A stretch of 64,000 nucleotides of DNA from a virus (lineage: Duplodnaviria > Caudoviricetes), in IMG/VR virus record IMGVR_UViG_3300032116_022045. One strand, given 5' to 3'. The notes beneath the pieces were generated by a model. The model ran no database searches. It was not told the DNA's origin and saw nothing but the letters and a program-made list of their open reading frames with translations. Each line of letters begins with the position of its first letter. The first letter of the stretch is position 1. Shown here piece by piece: positions 1 to 10,852 of this stretch. A program made the position numbers and the translations under genes.

Positions 1-345
1 ATTAATAATGATGCTGGGTCTGCTGGTATACAAGGTGAATTCATAAATGATGATTGGACTAATAACATATTAAATGAAGTATTTTCAATATCAATTGAAG
101 AACTAGTTGATAAATTAGGTAAAATAGATTATTTAAAAATAGATTGTGAAACTTCTGAATATCCATTTTTATTCGAAAAAGACTTAAATAATTTTAAATA
201 TATTGCTATTGAATTACATCATCAAATGGGTATTGTTAGATACAATAATTTAATTGATTGGATTAAAAAAACACATAATTTAATTCATGGTGATGATACA
301 TATAAATTTGATACGAACAAAGAAGTTTTATATATGTTAAAATAA
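1..345 (+). CDS. FkbM-family SAM methyltransferase, 5'-truncated by window edge
   Basis: Frame 1 is open from base 1 to TAA at 343-345 and contains IDYLKIDCETSEY...IAIELH, typical of the FkbM C-terminus. Not in the ORF track. Confidence 0.6.
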   Translation: MNNDAGSAGIQGEFINDDWTNNILNEVFSISIEELVDKLGKIDYLKIDCETSEYPFLFEKDLNNFKYIAIELHHQMGIVRYNNLIDWIKKTHNLIHGDDTYKFDTNKEVLYMLK

Positions 346-404
346 TTTAAAATTAATTTTTGTTTATTGCAAAAAAAAAGATATTTATGTAATAAAGAGA
401 TTAC

Positions 405-1235
405 ATGGCAAAAAAAACGCAAACAACCAGAAGCAAAAAACAAACAACAACTTATGCTGATTTTAACCAAGACTTAGAAACAAAATCAAAACCTAATTTT
501 AAATTAGATATAAAATATAAAAACGAAACACAAAAAAGATTAACAGAATCAATACATAAAAATGACTTAACAATATGTAGTGGCCCTCCTGGTTCTGGAA
601 AAACATTCTTAGCTTGTTACCAAGCTTTACATGAATTAAAACATAATAAATTTATTGATAAAATAGTACTGGTTAAATCAGTAACAACCTTAAAAGATGA
701 AGAAATCGGATTCTTAAAAGGTACAATGGAAGAGAAAATGGAACCATTTATCTATTCATTCGTAAAAAACTTTGAAAAAATTATAGGTAGAGATATAACA
801 AATTATCTTATGGAAGATAAAATAATAGAAGTTATACCAATAGCCTATATGAGAGGTATTAATATTGATAACGCTGTTGTTATTATTGATGAATGTCAAA
901 ATATAACAATAGAAAACATTAGAACAATCCTATCAAGAATAGGTGAAAATAGTAAAATGGTTTTACTTGGTGATTTAAAACAAATAGACCAAAAAAATAA
1001 ATCAAATACAGCACTTAAATTCTTAGTAGAAAATTTTTATGCGGTTGATTATGTAGGTGTAATAGAATTTACATTAGATGATATCGTTAGACATCCATTA
1101 ATTAAAGTTATTGAACCAATATTCGATATGGAAATGGAAAGACAAAACGAAGTTAGAAAAACAAAACCAGTAAAAATAAACCCAATAAAAGAAGAAAAAT
1201 CTTTTTTTAGTAAAATATTTAATTTCTTTAATTAA
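405..1235 (+). CDS. phoH: PhoH-family ATPase
   Basis: GPPGSGKT Walker A; YMRGINIDNAVVIIDECQN; LLGDLKQID; DIVRHPLI. Confidence 0.92.
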   Translation: MAKKTQTTRSKKQTTTYADFNQDLETKSKPNFKLDIKYKNETQKRLTESIHKNDLTICSGPPGSGKTFLACYQALHELKHNKFIDKIVLVKSVTTLKDEEIGFLKGTMEEKMEPFIYSFVKNFEKIIGRDITNYLMEDKIIEVIPIAYMRGINIDNAVVIIDECQNITIENIRTILSRIGENSKMVLLGDLKQIDQKNKSNTALKFLVENFYAVDYVGVIEFTLDDIVRHPLIKVIEPIFDMEMERQNEVRKTKPVKINPIKEEKSFFSKIFNFFN

Positions 1236-1300
1236 TATTATTTTTTTCATTTACTTAATAATATAAATAATTAAAATTGTTTATATAATTAATGTATTAA

Positions 1301-1912
1301 ATGGCTAAAATTAATATTAGTTTAAATGAAGTCTTAAGAGATTTTATCGGTCAATTCAACTATACTTATGATAAGTATATTGAAAAAAAAGAATTAAAAG
1401 AAAATGAAATAACAAGCTTTAATTTGTTAGACCATTATAAATTTAAATCAATAGATGATTTAAATAGTTTTTTATATTCTGAAGCATCATTAGAAATTTT
1501 TGGACATGCTGACCAAAAAATAGATGGACTTATCGGAAAATTTAACACTTTTTTAATGGATATTGAAGATGATGAAGAACATCAAATAAAATTAGTTAGT
1601 AAAGAATTTAATAAATCAATCCCAGCAACTTTTTTCTTTTTATCCAAAACTGGTTGTAGAGCTAAAAATATAGAATTTGTTAATAATGATAATGATGAAT
1701 GGTTAAATGCTGATGTTCTAATAACAGCTAACCCAAACGCATTATTAAATAAACCAGAAAATAAAATCAGTGTAAAAGTTAAAACATCATATAATACAGA
1801 TGTTTCAGCCGATTATGAAATTGATTCTATTCTAGATTTTATGAATAATCCAGAGTTAAGAAATAAAATTTTAACAATTATAACAACAATAACATACGAA
1901 GAAATTAACTAA
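1301..1912 (+). CDS. 5'(3')-deoxyribonucleotidase-like (HAD fold), catalytic motif degenerate
   Basis: N-terminal INISLNEVLRDF aligns with IxxDxDGVLxDF of NT5C-like proteins but lacks the DxD aspartates. Confidence 0.4.
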   Translation: MAKINISLNEVLRDFIGQFNYTYDKYIEKKELKENEITSFNLLDHYKFKSIDDLNSFLYSEASLEIFGHADQKIDGLIGKFNTFLMDIEDDEEHQIKLVSKEFNKSIPATFFFLSKTGCRAKNIEFVNNDNDEWLNADVLITANPNALLNKPENKISVKVKTSYNTDVSADYEIDSILDFMNNPELRNKILTIITTITYEEIN

Positions 1913-1917
1913 AAATT

Positions 1918-2277
1918 ATGATACAATTCGGAGAAACAATTTTTTACATTGATGTTGAAGCTTTTAGAAACTGTATTTTATCAGAAGACTCTAAAAATAT
2001 TGGCAAAAACACGTCAACTGAAATAACAAAGCATCATGACCACAATGGTGGATTATTATCTTGGGATGAAAGAATTATTCAAACAGAAAAAGATGTTGAA
2101 TTAGATTCTTCTAAATATGATTTAATGTCAAGAATGATTGACGTTGTTTTAACATATGACTCAGAAGATTTAGACACAAGTTTAGGTTATGAAAGAGCTT
2201 TAGATAAAGCGTCATTACCATTTAAAATCGCCTTTAACACATTGTTAAATTATGGTATAATCAAAGAAAAAGAATAA
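1918..2277 (+). CDS. hypothetical protein
   Basis: 119-aa ORF, in operon with tight spacing. Confidence 0.7.
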   Translation: MIQFGETIFYIDVEAFRNCILSEDSKNIGKNTSTEITKHHDHNGGLLSWDERIIQTEKDVELDSSKYDLMSRMIDVVLTYDSEDLDTSLGYERALDKASLPFKIAFNTLLNYGIIKEKE

Positions 2278-2307
2278 CAAAAAATAAATTATTTTCAATA
2301 AAAAAAT

Positions 2308-3474
2308 ATGGAAACAATCAAACAATTAGAAAATCAAATAACACAAGCAAATGAAGTTATTGATAGATTAAATAACAAAGACTTCAATTTTTATTTCTTT
2401 ACCTTAGATACAAAAGGTACACCAACAGCAGGTATTGCAAATATCTATGAACATGTTAAACTTCTTAATAACTTAGGTATTAAAGCACATATCTTACATG
2501 AAAAAAATGATTATAAATTAATTGGAGATGAAAACGGTATGGGTATTTCAGATTGGCTTGGTGAAGAATATGCTAAATTATCACATATTTCAATCGAAAG
2601 CCAACAATTAAACATCACACCAGCTGATTTTATTGTTATTCCTGAAATATTTTCAAATATTATGGAACAAGTTAAAACATTCCCATGTAAGAAAATTGTT
2701 CTATGCCAAAATTATGATTATTTGTTAGAATTACTACCAATTGCAAAAAGATGGAATACTGATTATAATTTTAATGATGTTATCACCACTACAACTAAAC
2801 AAGCAATTTACGTTAGTAATTTGTTCCCTTCTATTAGAACACATGTAGTACCAGTTTCAATCCCTAAATACTTCCAACCAAATGAAAAACCAAAAATTCC
2901 TATGGTTGCTATGTTAACTAGAAATCAAACTGATGCTATTAAAATTGCAAAATCATTCTATCTACAATACCCAATGTATAAATGGATTACATTTAAAGAT
3001 ATGAGAGGATTGTCTAGAGAAATGTTTGCTAAAGAATTGGCTAAATGTTGTTTGGCTGTATGGATTGATGACCCATCTGGATTTGGTACTTTCCCATTAG
3101 AAGCATTTGAATGTAATACACCTGTTATCGGCAAAATACCAAATATGGTGCCAGAATGGATGGAAAAAACAGATGAAGAAAATAATACATTCATTAGAAA
3201 TAATGGTGTTTGGACAAACACTACATTAAATATCCCTGAATTAATTGCAACGTATATTAAAGTATGGTTGGAAGATTCAGTACCATCAGATTTGTTAAAT
3301 GGTATGGAAGAATCAAAAGGACAATATACCGAAGAAAAACAAGCAAATGCTTTATCTGAAGTATATGATGGAATCATTAAAAATAGAGTAATTGAGTTAT
3401 CTGCACTTAGAGATAAGTTAGCTTCTGACTTAGTTAATGTTAACACAGAATTACAAAACGTTAATAAACAATAA
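2308..3474 (+). CDS. GT-B fold glycosyltransferase (GT4-like)
   Basis: GIANIYEHVKLLN N-terminus; DDPSGFGTFPLEAFECNTPVIG resembles the GT4 E-x7-E donor motif. Confidence 0.65.
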   Translation: METIKQLENQITQANEVIDRLNNKDFNFYFFTLDTKGTPTAGIANIYEHVKLLNNLGIKAHILHEKNDYKLIGDENGMGISDWLGEEYAKLSHISIESQQLNITPADFIVIPEIFSNIMEQVKTFPCKKIVLCQNYDYLLELLPIAKRWNTDYNFNDVITTTTKQAIYVSNLFPSIRTHVVPVSIPKYFQPNEKPKIPMVAMLTRNQTDAIKIAKSFYLQYPMYKWITFKDMRGLSREMFAKELAKCCLAVWIDDPSGFGTFPLEAFECNTPVIGKIPNMVPEWMEKTDEENNTFIRNNGVWTNTTLNIPELIATYIKVWLEDSVPSDLLNGMEESKGQYTEEKQANALSEVYDGIIKNRVIELSALRDKLASDLVNVNTELQNVNKQ

Positions 3475-3497
3475 CAATTATTTAAACATAAAAAAAT

Positions 3498-4283
3498 ATG
3501 AATAATATCACAGTAATATTACCTGTACACGAACTAAATGATGAAACAAAACAATTGTTTAGCATTTCAGTAGAAAGTGTAAAACAACAAATAGTTAGAC
3601 CTGATTATCTTCTAATCGTAACACCAAAAGGAACAGAAACATCAAAATATTTAAAATCATTTGATTATGGTGATTTTAAAGATTCAGTAACAGTTTTAGA
3701 AAATGATGGTGAAACAGACTTCTCAAGTCAAATTAACTTTGCAGTTAAAAATGCTAAAACAGATTGGGTTAGTTTTCTAGAATTTGATGATGAATACTCA
3801 AACATTTGGTTTAAAAATGTAATTGAATACAGAGAAAAACATTCTGATGTTGAAATCTTTATGCCAATTGTAATTGATGTTAATTCAAATGGTGAATTTA
3901 TTGGCTTTACTAACGAAGCTGTTTGGGCACAAAGCTTTTCTGATGAGTTAGGTATCTTAGATAATAATGCACTTTTAGCATATCAAAATTTTAATATTGA
4001 TGGTGTTGTAATGAAAAAATCTTTGTTTGATTCATTTGGTGGTTTTAAATCAAATATTAAATTGACGTTTATCTATGAATTCTTGCTCAGGATGACGTTT
4101 AAAGCTGTTAAGACTATGGTAATACCAAAATTTGGTTACAAGCACGTAAATCAAAGAGAAGGGTCTTTATTCGCATCCTATAAAGAAACTATCGACCCAG
4201 TTGAAGCAAGATGGTGGTTGGCACAAGCGAAAAAAGAATATTACTTTACAAAAGACAGAGAAATAACATATCAAGAAAAATAA
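3498..4283 (+). CDS. GT-A fold glycosyltransferase (GT2)
   Basis: ITVILPVHE start; INFAVKNAKTDWVSFLEFDDEY corresponds to the DxDD region; YEFLLR. Confidence 0.75.
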   Translation: MNNITVILPVHELNDETKQLFSISVESVKQQIVRPDYLLIVTPKGTETSKYLKSFDYGDFKDSVTVLENDGETDFSSQINFAVKNAKTDWVSFLEFDDEYSNIWFKNVIEYREKHSDVEIFMPIVIDVNSNGEFIGFTNEAVWAQSFSDELGILDNNALLAYQNFNIDGVVMKKSLFDSFGGFKSNIKLTFIYEFLLRMTFKAVKTMVIPKFGYKHVNQREGSLFASYKETIDPVEARWWLAQAKKEYYFTKDREITYQEK

Positions 4284-4290
4284 TGAAATA

Positions 4291-5022
4291 ATGGCAAATA
4301 AAAGAGGACGCAAAAGAAATAATGATATCTATTTTGGTCCAAATGAAGAACAGGCCGTTATTAAATTTCTTGAATCAACAGACGAAACAGAAAGGAATCT
4401 AATTTTTAATGAGTGGTTGAATAAACCACTCAATAAAATGATAGAATCGATAATTAGAAGGTACAAATTATACAGAAAAAATGAAACATTCGAAGAATTA
4501 CATAATGACACGGTTTCATTTTTAATGACAAAAGTACATAAGTTCGAAAGTGGAAGGGGTAAAAAAGCTTATTCTTACTTTGGTACAATTAGTAAAAATT
4601 ATATTTTAGGTTTATTAATCAAAGATGAAAAAAACCTTAAACAAACATATTCATATGAAGACATATCTGATGCCGATGAAATAGAAGAAAGGCAAACGTT
4701 AACTTATGAAATGGATATAGATAATTATTCAATGGATGATTTTATTAATTCTATAGTAGATAAACTAAAAGAAGAATTAAAAAATCCTAAAACAGGTAAA
4801 AAAAATCTAAATGAAAATGAAAAAAAAGTCTGTATCGCATTAATTGATATGCTTGAAAATTGGGAAACAGCATTTCAAACATTAGATGGTGGGTCAAAAT
4901 ATAATAAAAACTCAGTTCTAGAAACAATGAGAAATTATACAAACCTATCAACAAAAGACATAAGATTAGCAATGAAAAGATTTAAAAAAATTTATGATGT
5001 GTTAAAACAAAAATCTTTATAG
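4291..5022 (+). CDS. sigma70-like factor, probable late-transcription sigma (gp55-like role)
   Basis: ELHNDTVSFLMTKVHKFESGRGKKAYSYFGTISKNYIL resembles sigma region 2; lies just before the structural genes. Confidence 0.6.
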   Translation: MANKRGRKRNNDIYFGPNEEQAVIKFLESTDETERNLIFNEWLNKPLNKMIESIIRRYKLYRKNETFEELHNDTVSFLMTKVHKFESGRGKKAYSYFGTISKNYILGLLIKDEKNLKQTYSYEDISDADEIEERQTLTYEMDIDNYSMDDFINSIVDKLKEELKNPKTGKKNLNENEKKVCIALIDMLENWETAFQTLDGGSKYNKNSVLETMRNYTNLSTKDIRLAMKRFKKIYDVLKQKSL

Positions 5023-5070
5023 TTTTTTTTAATAAAAATAGATATTTATATATTTATAAAAAAAAAGATT

Positions 5071-5460
5071 ATGTCAAGAAAAAAAGGTACCGATGTAAAA
5101 GTTAATAATAATGATTCTCTTGAAGGTTTGATGCAAGAAACATATAATGACGCTTGCTTACAAATAAATGAGGCTCAAAGAACCATTAACGAATTAGTTG
5201 TTTCTTTAGTACCAACTGATATAGATGATGCTACAAAAATAGCAAAAGAAAAAGCTGGTTTATTAAAAGTTAAAGACTCTGCAATAAGGATTAAATTAGA
5301 ATTAGCTAAACTACAAGCTGATATAATTAAACATCGTAGTGATGAAACTGAAAATAATTCAGAAAAAACAAGTGCATCAGCTTCTCTAAAGGACTTTAAG
5401 AAAATTAGAGATATGCTTAAGAACGATAAAAAAGAAGAAGAAATTGATAACGAAGATTAA
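5071..5460 (+). CDS. hypothetical helical late protein
   Basis: 129-aa ORF preceded by two ATATTTAT motifs. Confidence 0.7.
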   Translation: MSRKKGTDVKVNNNDSLEGLMQETYNDACLQINEAQRTINELVVSLVPTDIDDATKIAKEKAGLLKVKDSAIRIKLELAKLQADIIKHRSDETENNSEKTSASASLKDFKKIRDMLKNDKKEEEIDNED

Positions 5461-6881
5461 TGTCATTAATAGACAAAAAGAAAAAAGTTTTTGGTAAGAT
5501 AGCCGCTGCTAGAACTTTAACAGAAGGATTACCTAAGTTAAAGCTAACATCTTCTATGCCATCTATAAATAATAGAACAAATTCTATAGAGTTTCTTAGT
5601 GACTTAACAAAATCATTAGTAGGTTATGAAGCATTAGTAAGTAATGTTGTAGATACAATAACCTATTCTATGGATAAAATAGAAAATGAGCTAAAAAAGG
5701 CCTTAAAAGATGAATTAAAATCTATCGTTAATTGTGGAACAAACCCAAGTTCACCATCATGGTTAAAATCAAATGGTAATGGTATAATTATTGAGGTTAG
5801 AAAATTAGATTTTTTTGAAGTTCTTAAAATAGACCCAGCATCTCAAGCTGGTAGATTAATTTATACTGATGTTACACCAAATTATACTAATAGTACAGAC
5901 TTTAATACTTTCTTATACGGTGTTATACAAAATGATGGTACTACATATACATGGCAAAACCTTTATGATATAACATTTAATTCATTGGGTTCTGGTAATA
6001 GACCAAATAACGCATTAACAATAAAATTAAATCAAGCTTCAGATAATAAACCTATCACAGAAGTAAATAACTCGTTTATAGACTCATCAAATATAGTTAA
6101 GGGTGATATAGTATTAAATCAAACAATGGACATACTATACGGCTCTATTTCATCAAATGTTAGCAAAAGTATTAAGCAGTTAGAAAGAGAAGAAAAGATT
6201 AATTCAATCGTTGATAAACTTATTAATAATGAATATGAAAATGTTATAAGTGATGATTATTTTGTTTTTTCAAATGATGAAATTAACCAACAACAATCAG
6301 CATCAACTAATAGAAGAAAAGGAATTAGATATATTCAAACATCTAATCAAGAACAAGCATCAGTTTCAATAGATGCTTTAACAACTTTTAGTCAAGAATA
6401 CTCTGGTGCAACAAGTACTGAACAAAGAAAAAACGCTATTACTGTTAATCTTAATAGAATGGCTGACGAAACAACAATTAATAACACAAATGAAACAGAT
6501 AAACAAACAATAAAATTAAATTTTATTCAGTTAATTATTAATACACTGATAAAATCAATTGTTAATATTTTTTTAACACCTAAAAATATATTTTTATTTA
6601 TTATTAATTTTAGTATAATATACGGACAAACTAATAATAGTTTTAATGATAGCGTTGATTTTATGAAAAAAAATAAAAATCTTTTTAGTGTTATCATAAA
6701 AAAAATATCTGGTATTATTATAGGCTTATTATTAGCACTTGTACTTAAAAGAATAAGTCAACTTGTTGCTGAATCAATAGCAAAAAAACAAAAGGAAAAA
6801 GCAACATTAAAATTGGCTCAATTACAATCTTTAGTTGGAATACCAATTAGTAAAATAAAAAATTTAATAGATACATTATAA
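5460..6881 (+). CDS. hypothetical protein, probably virion/baseplate
   Basis: 473-aa ORF translationally coupled in the operon leading to the spike gene. Confidence 0.6.
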   Translation: MSLIDKKKKVFGKIAAARTLTEGLPKLKLTSSMPSINNRTNSIEFLSDLTKSLVGYEALVSNVVDTITYSMDKIENELKKALKDELKSIVNCGTNPSSPSWLKSNGNGIIIEVRKLDFFEVLKIDPASQAGRLIYTDVTPNYTNSTDFNTFLYGVIQNDGTTYTWQNLYDITFNSLGSGNRPNNALTIKLNQASDNKPITEVNNSFIDSSNIVKGDIVLNQTMDILYGSISSNVSKSIKQLEREEKINSIVDKLINNEYENVISDDYFVFSNDEINQQQSASTNRRKGIRYIQTSNQEQASVSIDALTTFSQEYSGATSTEQRKNAITVNLNRMADETTINNTNETDKQTIKLNFIQLIINTLIKSIVNIFLTPKNIFLFIINFSIIYGQTNNSFNDSVDFMKKNKNLFSVIIKKISGIIIGLLLALVLKRISQLVAESIAKKQKEKATLKLAQLQSLVGIPISKIKNLIDTL

Positions 6882-7315
6882 TGGCAAACGAAAAACCAAT
6901 ACCAGATTCAGGTATCAATTTAAATTCTATTAATGGTATAATAAATGTTATATCAGCAGCATTTTCAGTGCCTGAACCACCAATAGAACCATTACCACCA
7001 CAATTAGTTATGGTAGGTGCTAAACTAAGACCTGGATTGTCAGCACAAGGTATTGCTGCTGATATTATAAGTAAACAATCAAACGCTGGTAGACCTGTTG
7101 GTGATGTTTTTGCTGATGGCCCTAATGTTGAAGAAGCAATGGAATTAATAAGAGTTCAAGAAATTGTTAATTATTTATTGACAAATGCTAAAATAGAAGT
7201 TGTTTTACCACCAGGAATACAAGTTGTTTCAGTTGGTGTTGGTAATTTAGGTGCGCCAGTTATATCTTTCGGTTCAACAACAACTATGGGTATAGCAGAT
7301 GGCGTTATAAGATAA
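6881..7315 (+). CDS. hypothetical protein, probably baseplate/spike associated
   Basis: Pro/Gly-rich 144-aa ORF, TAATG-coupled. Confidence 0.55.
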   Translation: MANEKPIPDSGINLNSINGIINVISAAFSVPEPPIEPLPPQLVMVGAKLRPGLSAQGIAADIISKQSNAGRPVGDVFADGPNVEEAMELIRVQEIVNYLLTNAKIEVVLPPGIQVVSVGVGNLGAPVISFGSTTTMGIADGVIR

Positions 7316-7333
7316 TACTAATATAATATTTTT

Positions 7334-7513
7334 ATGGAAAATTTAGAAGATTTAACAAATAACGAGATATTGTTCAAAATTAAACAGATGGAAGCCGATT
7401 ATGAGGCAGTAAAATTAAAAATGCTTCAAGATTATGATAAAATGGTTGATATTGAAAAACAATATGAAAAAGCAAATCTTATCTTATTAAAAAGATTGAA
7501 GGGAGATAAATAA
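7334..7513 (+). CDS. small coiled-coil hypothetical protein (59 aa)
   Basis: ATG 7334 MENLEDLTNNEILFKIKQMEADY...KGDK; its TAA overlaps the next ATG; below the ORF-track cutoff. Confidence 0.65.
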   Translation: MENLEDLTNNEILFKIKQMEADYEAVKLKMLQDYDKMVDIEKQYEKANLILLKRLKGDK

Positions 7514-8493
7514 TGAAAATAATTAATGCACATAATAGAACCGTTACTGGTAAAGATTCAAATCTTGATAAAGTAACAAAACAAAATTATATAAGAATAG
7601 GTCAAGTTATTTCAATTGATGACCCTTCTGGTGTTGGTAGAATTAAAGTTAGAATACAAGGTGATAAAGTTAACGGTGGTGATGATGGTGTTAATAATAA
7701 TGACTTACCATGGTGCCATGCATTATTACCAAAACATTTACAGATTACACCAAAAGTAAATGAAGCAGTATTTGTGTTTATCCTTAATGATAAATCTAAA
7801 AACATAGATAGATTATACATGGGTCCAATTATCTCACAAGAACAAAATCTATCTCAAGACCCATTATATTTTTCAGCCCTTGCTGGATTTTCTTTTAGTA
7901 CAACACAACCACAACAAAATGTTAAAAATATACCACAAATAAGAGGTGTTTTCCCAAATAAACAAGATATAACTATACAAGGTAGAAATAATACTGATAT
8001 AATACAAAAAAATAATGAAATAGTTATAAGAGCTGGTAAGTTTCAACCAAATACACAAGTTGGTAATAACCCATTCAGTTTTGAATTTAATTCTAAAACA
8101 CAAGCATATATTCAATTAAAAAATAATATAACTATACCTAACGAAGAAAATGGTACAGTAGCAAATATTGTTGCAAATAAAATAAATCTAATAACACATA
8201 AAAATGGTAGCCCTAGATTTGATGTATTGAATCAAACAGATAATGTTGATTTAATATCAGATGAAGAAATGAATAATATATTGACAACAGCACATCAAGT
8301 ACCATTTGGTGATGTGTTATTGGAATATCTAAAACTATTAAAAGAAGCACTTTTTGCACATGTGCATAATGGTAGCGGAAACCCACCAACTGATTTAACA
8401 ATATCAGGTAATAAACAATCATTAGCTATATTTAAATCAAAAGCTGATGAACTTGAAAGAAATATGTTATCCAAAAATATTAGAATTAATTAA
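7513..8493 (+). CDS. baseplate central spike (gp5/gpV-like OB-fold)
   Basis: IGQVISIDDPSGVGRIKVRI...LPWC...PKVNEAVFV OB-fold; C-terminal HVH metal-binding tip motif. Confidence 0.78.
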   Translation: MKIINAHNRTVTGKDSNLDKVTKQNYIRIGQVISIDDPSGVGRIKVRIQGDKVNGGDDGVNNNDLPWCHALLPKHLQITPKVNEAVFVFILNDKSKNIDRLYMGPIISQEQNLSQDPLYFSALAGFSFSTTQPQQNVKNIPQIRGVFPNKQDITIQGRNNTDIIQKNNEIVIRAGKFQPNTQVGNNPFSFEFNSKTQAYIQLKNNITIPNEENGTVANIVANKINLITHKNGSPRFDVLNQTDNVDLISDEEMNNILTTAHQVPFGDVLLEYLKLLKEALFAHVHNGSGNPPTDLTISGNKQSLAIFKSKADELERNMLSKNIRIN

Positions 8494-8529
8494 TGTTTTT
8501 TAGATATTTATTATAAAATATAAATACAT

Positions 8530-9936
8530 ATGGTCATTAAAACATATTTCGATAAAAATAATACTATAGTAAATAATCTTAACGTTAATACTGGTCTTAA
8601 CCCTGTATCAGAGCTTTTCTATGGTGGTCCTTTGGGTGAACAAAGTTACAGTAGATTATTATTTCATTTTGATGAGACAAAATTAAAATCATTATATACT
8701 GGTGGAACATTTACAGATTTAACAAAATTAACACACACATTAAAATTAACTAATACAGCATCATTTGATACTGATTTGTTAAATGGTAATATGGGTGCTA
8801 AAGAAAGAGCTTCATCTTTTGATTTAATATTATTTAAAATTAATCAAGATTGGGATAATGGTGTTGGATATGATTACACTGTATGTGATGAGTTAATAAC
8901 AGGTGATTGTGCTTATTCTAATGGCCCATCAAACTGGATTGAAGCACAAACTGGTATATTTTGGTCTGGTGGCTCTGGTGTTTATTCTGGTTCTCCATCA
9001 GGTATAACAATAACAACACAACATTTTGATAAAGGTAATGAAAATATCGAAATGGATATTACAGATTTTGTTAATGGTTTATTAACTGGTGATACAAATT
9101 ATGGTTTAGGTATAGCATATGCTAGAAATTTTGAACAGTTATACACCACTAGATTACAATATGTAGGTTTTTTTACAAATAATACACAAACTTTTTATGA
9201 ACCATATGTAGAAACAATATACAGTAATCACATAAAAGACGATAGAAATAATTTTTATTTAGATAAACCTAATAAACTATATTTATATGTTAATTTAGGT
9301 GGAAACCCAACAAATTTAGATGCTAACCCAACATGTATCGTATATGATAATAATAATAGTGTTTTATCAAGTTATACACAAAATAATGTTACACATGTTA
9401 CATTAGGTGTTTATTCAATAGATGTACTCGTTAACACAAATAATAGTAATATAGAGACAATGTATAATGATGTTTGGAGCAATATAGTTATAAACAATAT
9501 AACAAGACCAGACGCTTCATTAAACTTTGTTACAAAAAGCTCATTAGATTACTATAATATTGGTGATAATAGTATGTTACCTAAAAAAGTAGGTGTTAAT
9601 GTTAGTGGTATACAAAATAAAGAAAAAATTAAACGTGGTGATATAAGAAAAGTAATTGTAACAGCTAGAATACCATACACAGTTGAGCAAACACAAACGG
9701 TAAAAGAACTTAAATATAGAATTTATGTTAAAGAAGGTAATAGTGAATTAACAACAATAGACTTCCAAACAGTTGAATTGGCTAGTAACTATTATTACTT
9801 CTTACTAGATACTAATAGCTTATTACCAAATACTTATTATTTAGATGTATTAGCATATTCAGATTTAGAAGTAACAACACTTAAACAGGTATTACAATTT
9901 GAAATAGTAAATCAAGTTGAATTAAGAAAAAATTAA
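8530..9936 (+). CDS. beta-rich virion structural protein (hypothetical)
   Basis: 468 aa, Asn/Thr-rich, preceded by the late motif at 8504-8511. Confidence 0.55.
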   Translation: MVIKTYFDKNNTIVNNLNVNTGLNPVSELFYGGPLGEQSYSRLLFHFDETKLKSLYTGGTFTDLTKLTHTLKLTNTASFDTDLLNGNMGAKERASSFDLILFKINQDWDNGVGYDYTVCDELITGDCAYSNGPSNWIEAQTGIFWSGGSGVYSGSPSGITITTQHFDKGNENIEMDITDFVNGLLTGDTNYGLGIAYARNFEQLYTTRLQYVGFFTNNTQTFYEPYVETIYSNHIKDDRNNFYLDKPNKLYLYVNLGGNPTNLDANPTCIVYDNNNSVLSSYTQNNVTHVTLGVYSIDVLVNTNNSNIETMYNDVWSNIVINNITRPDASLNFVTKSSLDYYNIGDNSMLPKKVGVNVSGIQNKEKIKRGDIRKVIVTARIPYTVEQTQTVKELKYRIYVKEGNSELTTIDFQTVELASNYYYFLLDTNSLLPNTYYLDVLAYSDLEVTTLKQVLQFEIVNQVELRKN

Positions 9937-10021
9937 AAGAATAATTATAAAATTACTTCGAGAACAATTTATTCATATTCAAAATATGAATAATTATATG
10001 GAAATAATTTCTATAAAATTT

Positions 10022-10852
10022 TTATTTCATATTTTTGCCAAGCAACCCTTCTCTTGCCATTCTTATTTTTAAATTTCTAACCCAATTAACTCTATAGTTA
10101 TAATTTAACATATCATACACAGTGTTTAATGCTGGTATACTAGCAAGTAAATCATCAAAACTTAAATTATCCCAATAATATTTACTTTCATTTCTTTTAA
10201 CCCATTCATAATATTGTTTTATATTATGAATTTGACCCTGTATTTCAATATAACTAGCGTTATCAGGTTTTTTACCAAATCTAAATATCCCTTTTCGTTC
10301 TCTTTCTTCTTTTTCATCATCCGATAATTTACTCCATTTACCCATTTTTGTACCCAAATGTCTATTATTGATAGTGTCGTCAATCCAATGAGCTAATTCA
10401 TGATGTATAGTACCTTTTATTTTTTTTTCACTAAATTCAGTAATAAAATTATTAGCTGTTTTTTGACCATGATAAGAAAGTAAATCCTCTTTAGCTAATT
10501 TAATATTACCATCATAACCTTCTAAAAAAGAAATAGCACCCTTATGTACAAGCAATGAAATTATATTAACATCAGAATTATAAAAATTACTTCCAAAGTC
10601 ACCAAAATTGTTTATAAAAATTTTACAAGGGTTAATCTTATTAGCTTTAATTGCTAATTCAGTCTTTAATATACTAGTGTCTGTTTCTTTAAATTTAAAC
10701 ATATTCTTAGTAAGAATACCAGTTCTGTTTAATTCATCAATGTCTTTTTTGAAATAATTGTTATACAATAAATCAACATCTTCATCAACCGCTGTCAATC
10801 TTTCTAATAACAAATTTTCCCTTAATAATTGTTTAATAGTTTCTTTTAACAT
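10022..10852 (-). CDS. HExxH zincin-like protein with putative head-targeting N-terminus
   Basis: TIHHELAHWID. Start is moved to ATG 10852 (MLKETIKQLLRENLLLE) because the late motif lies at 10869-10876. Confidence 0.6.
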   Translation of the reverse strand: MLKETIKQLLRENLLLERLTAVDEDVDLLYNNYFKKDIDELNRTGILTKNMFKFKETDTSILKTELAIKANKINPCKIFINNFGDFGSNFYNSDVNIISLLVHKGAISFLEGYDGNIKLAKEDLLSYHGQKTANNFITEFSEKKIKGTIHHELAHWIDDTINNRHLGTKMGKWSKLSDDEKEERERKGIFRFGKKPDNASYIEIQGQIHNIKQYYEWVKRNESKYYWDNLSFDDLLASIPALNTVYDMLNYNYRVNWVRNLKIRMAREGLLGKNMK

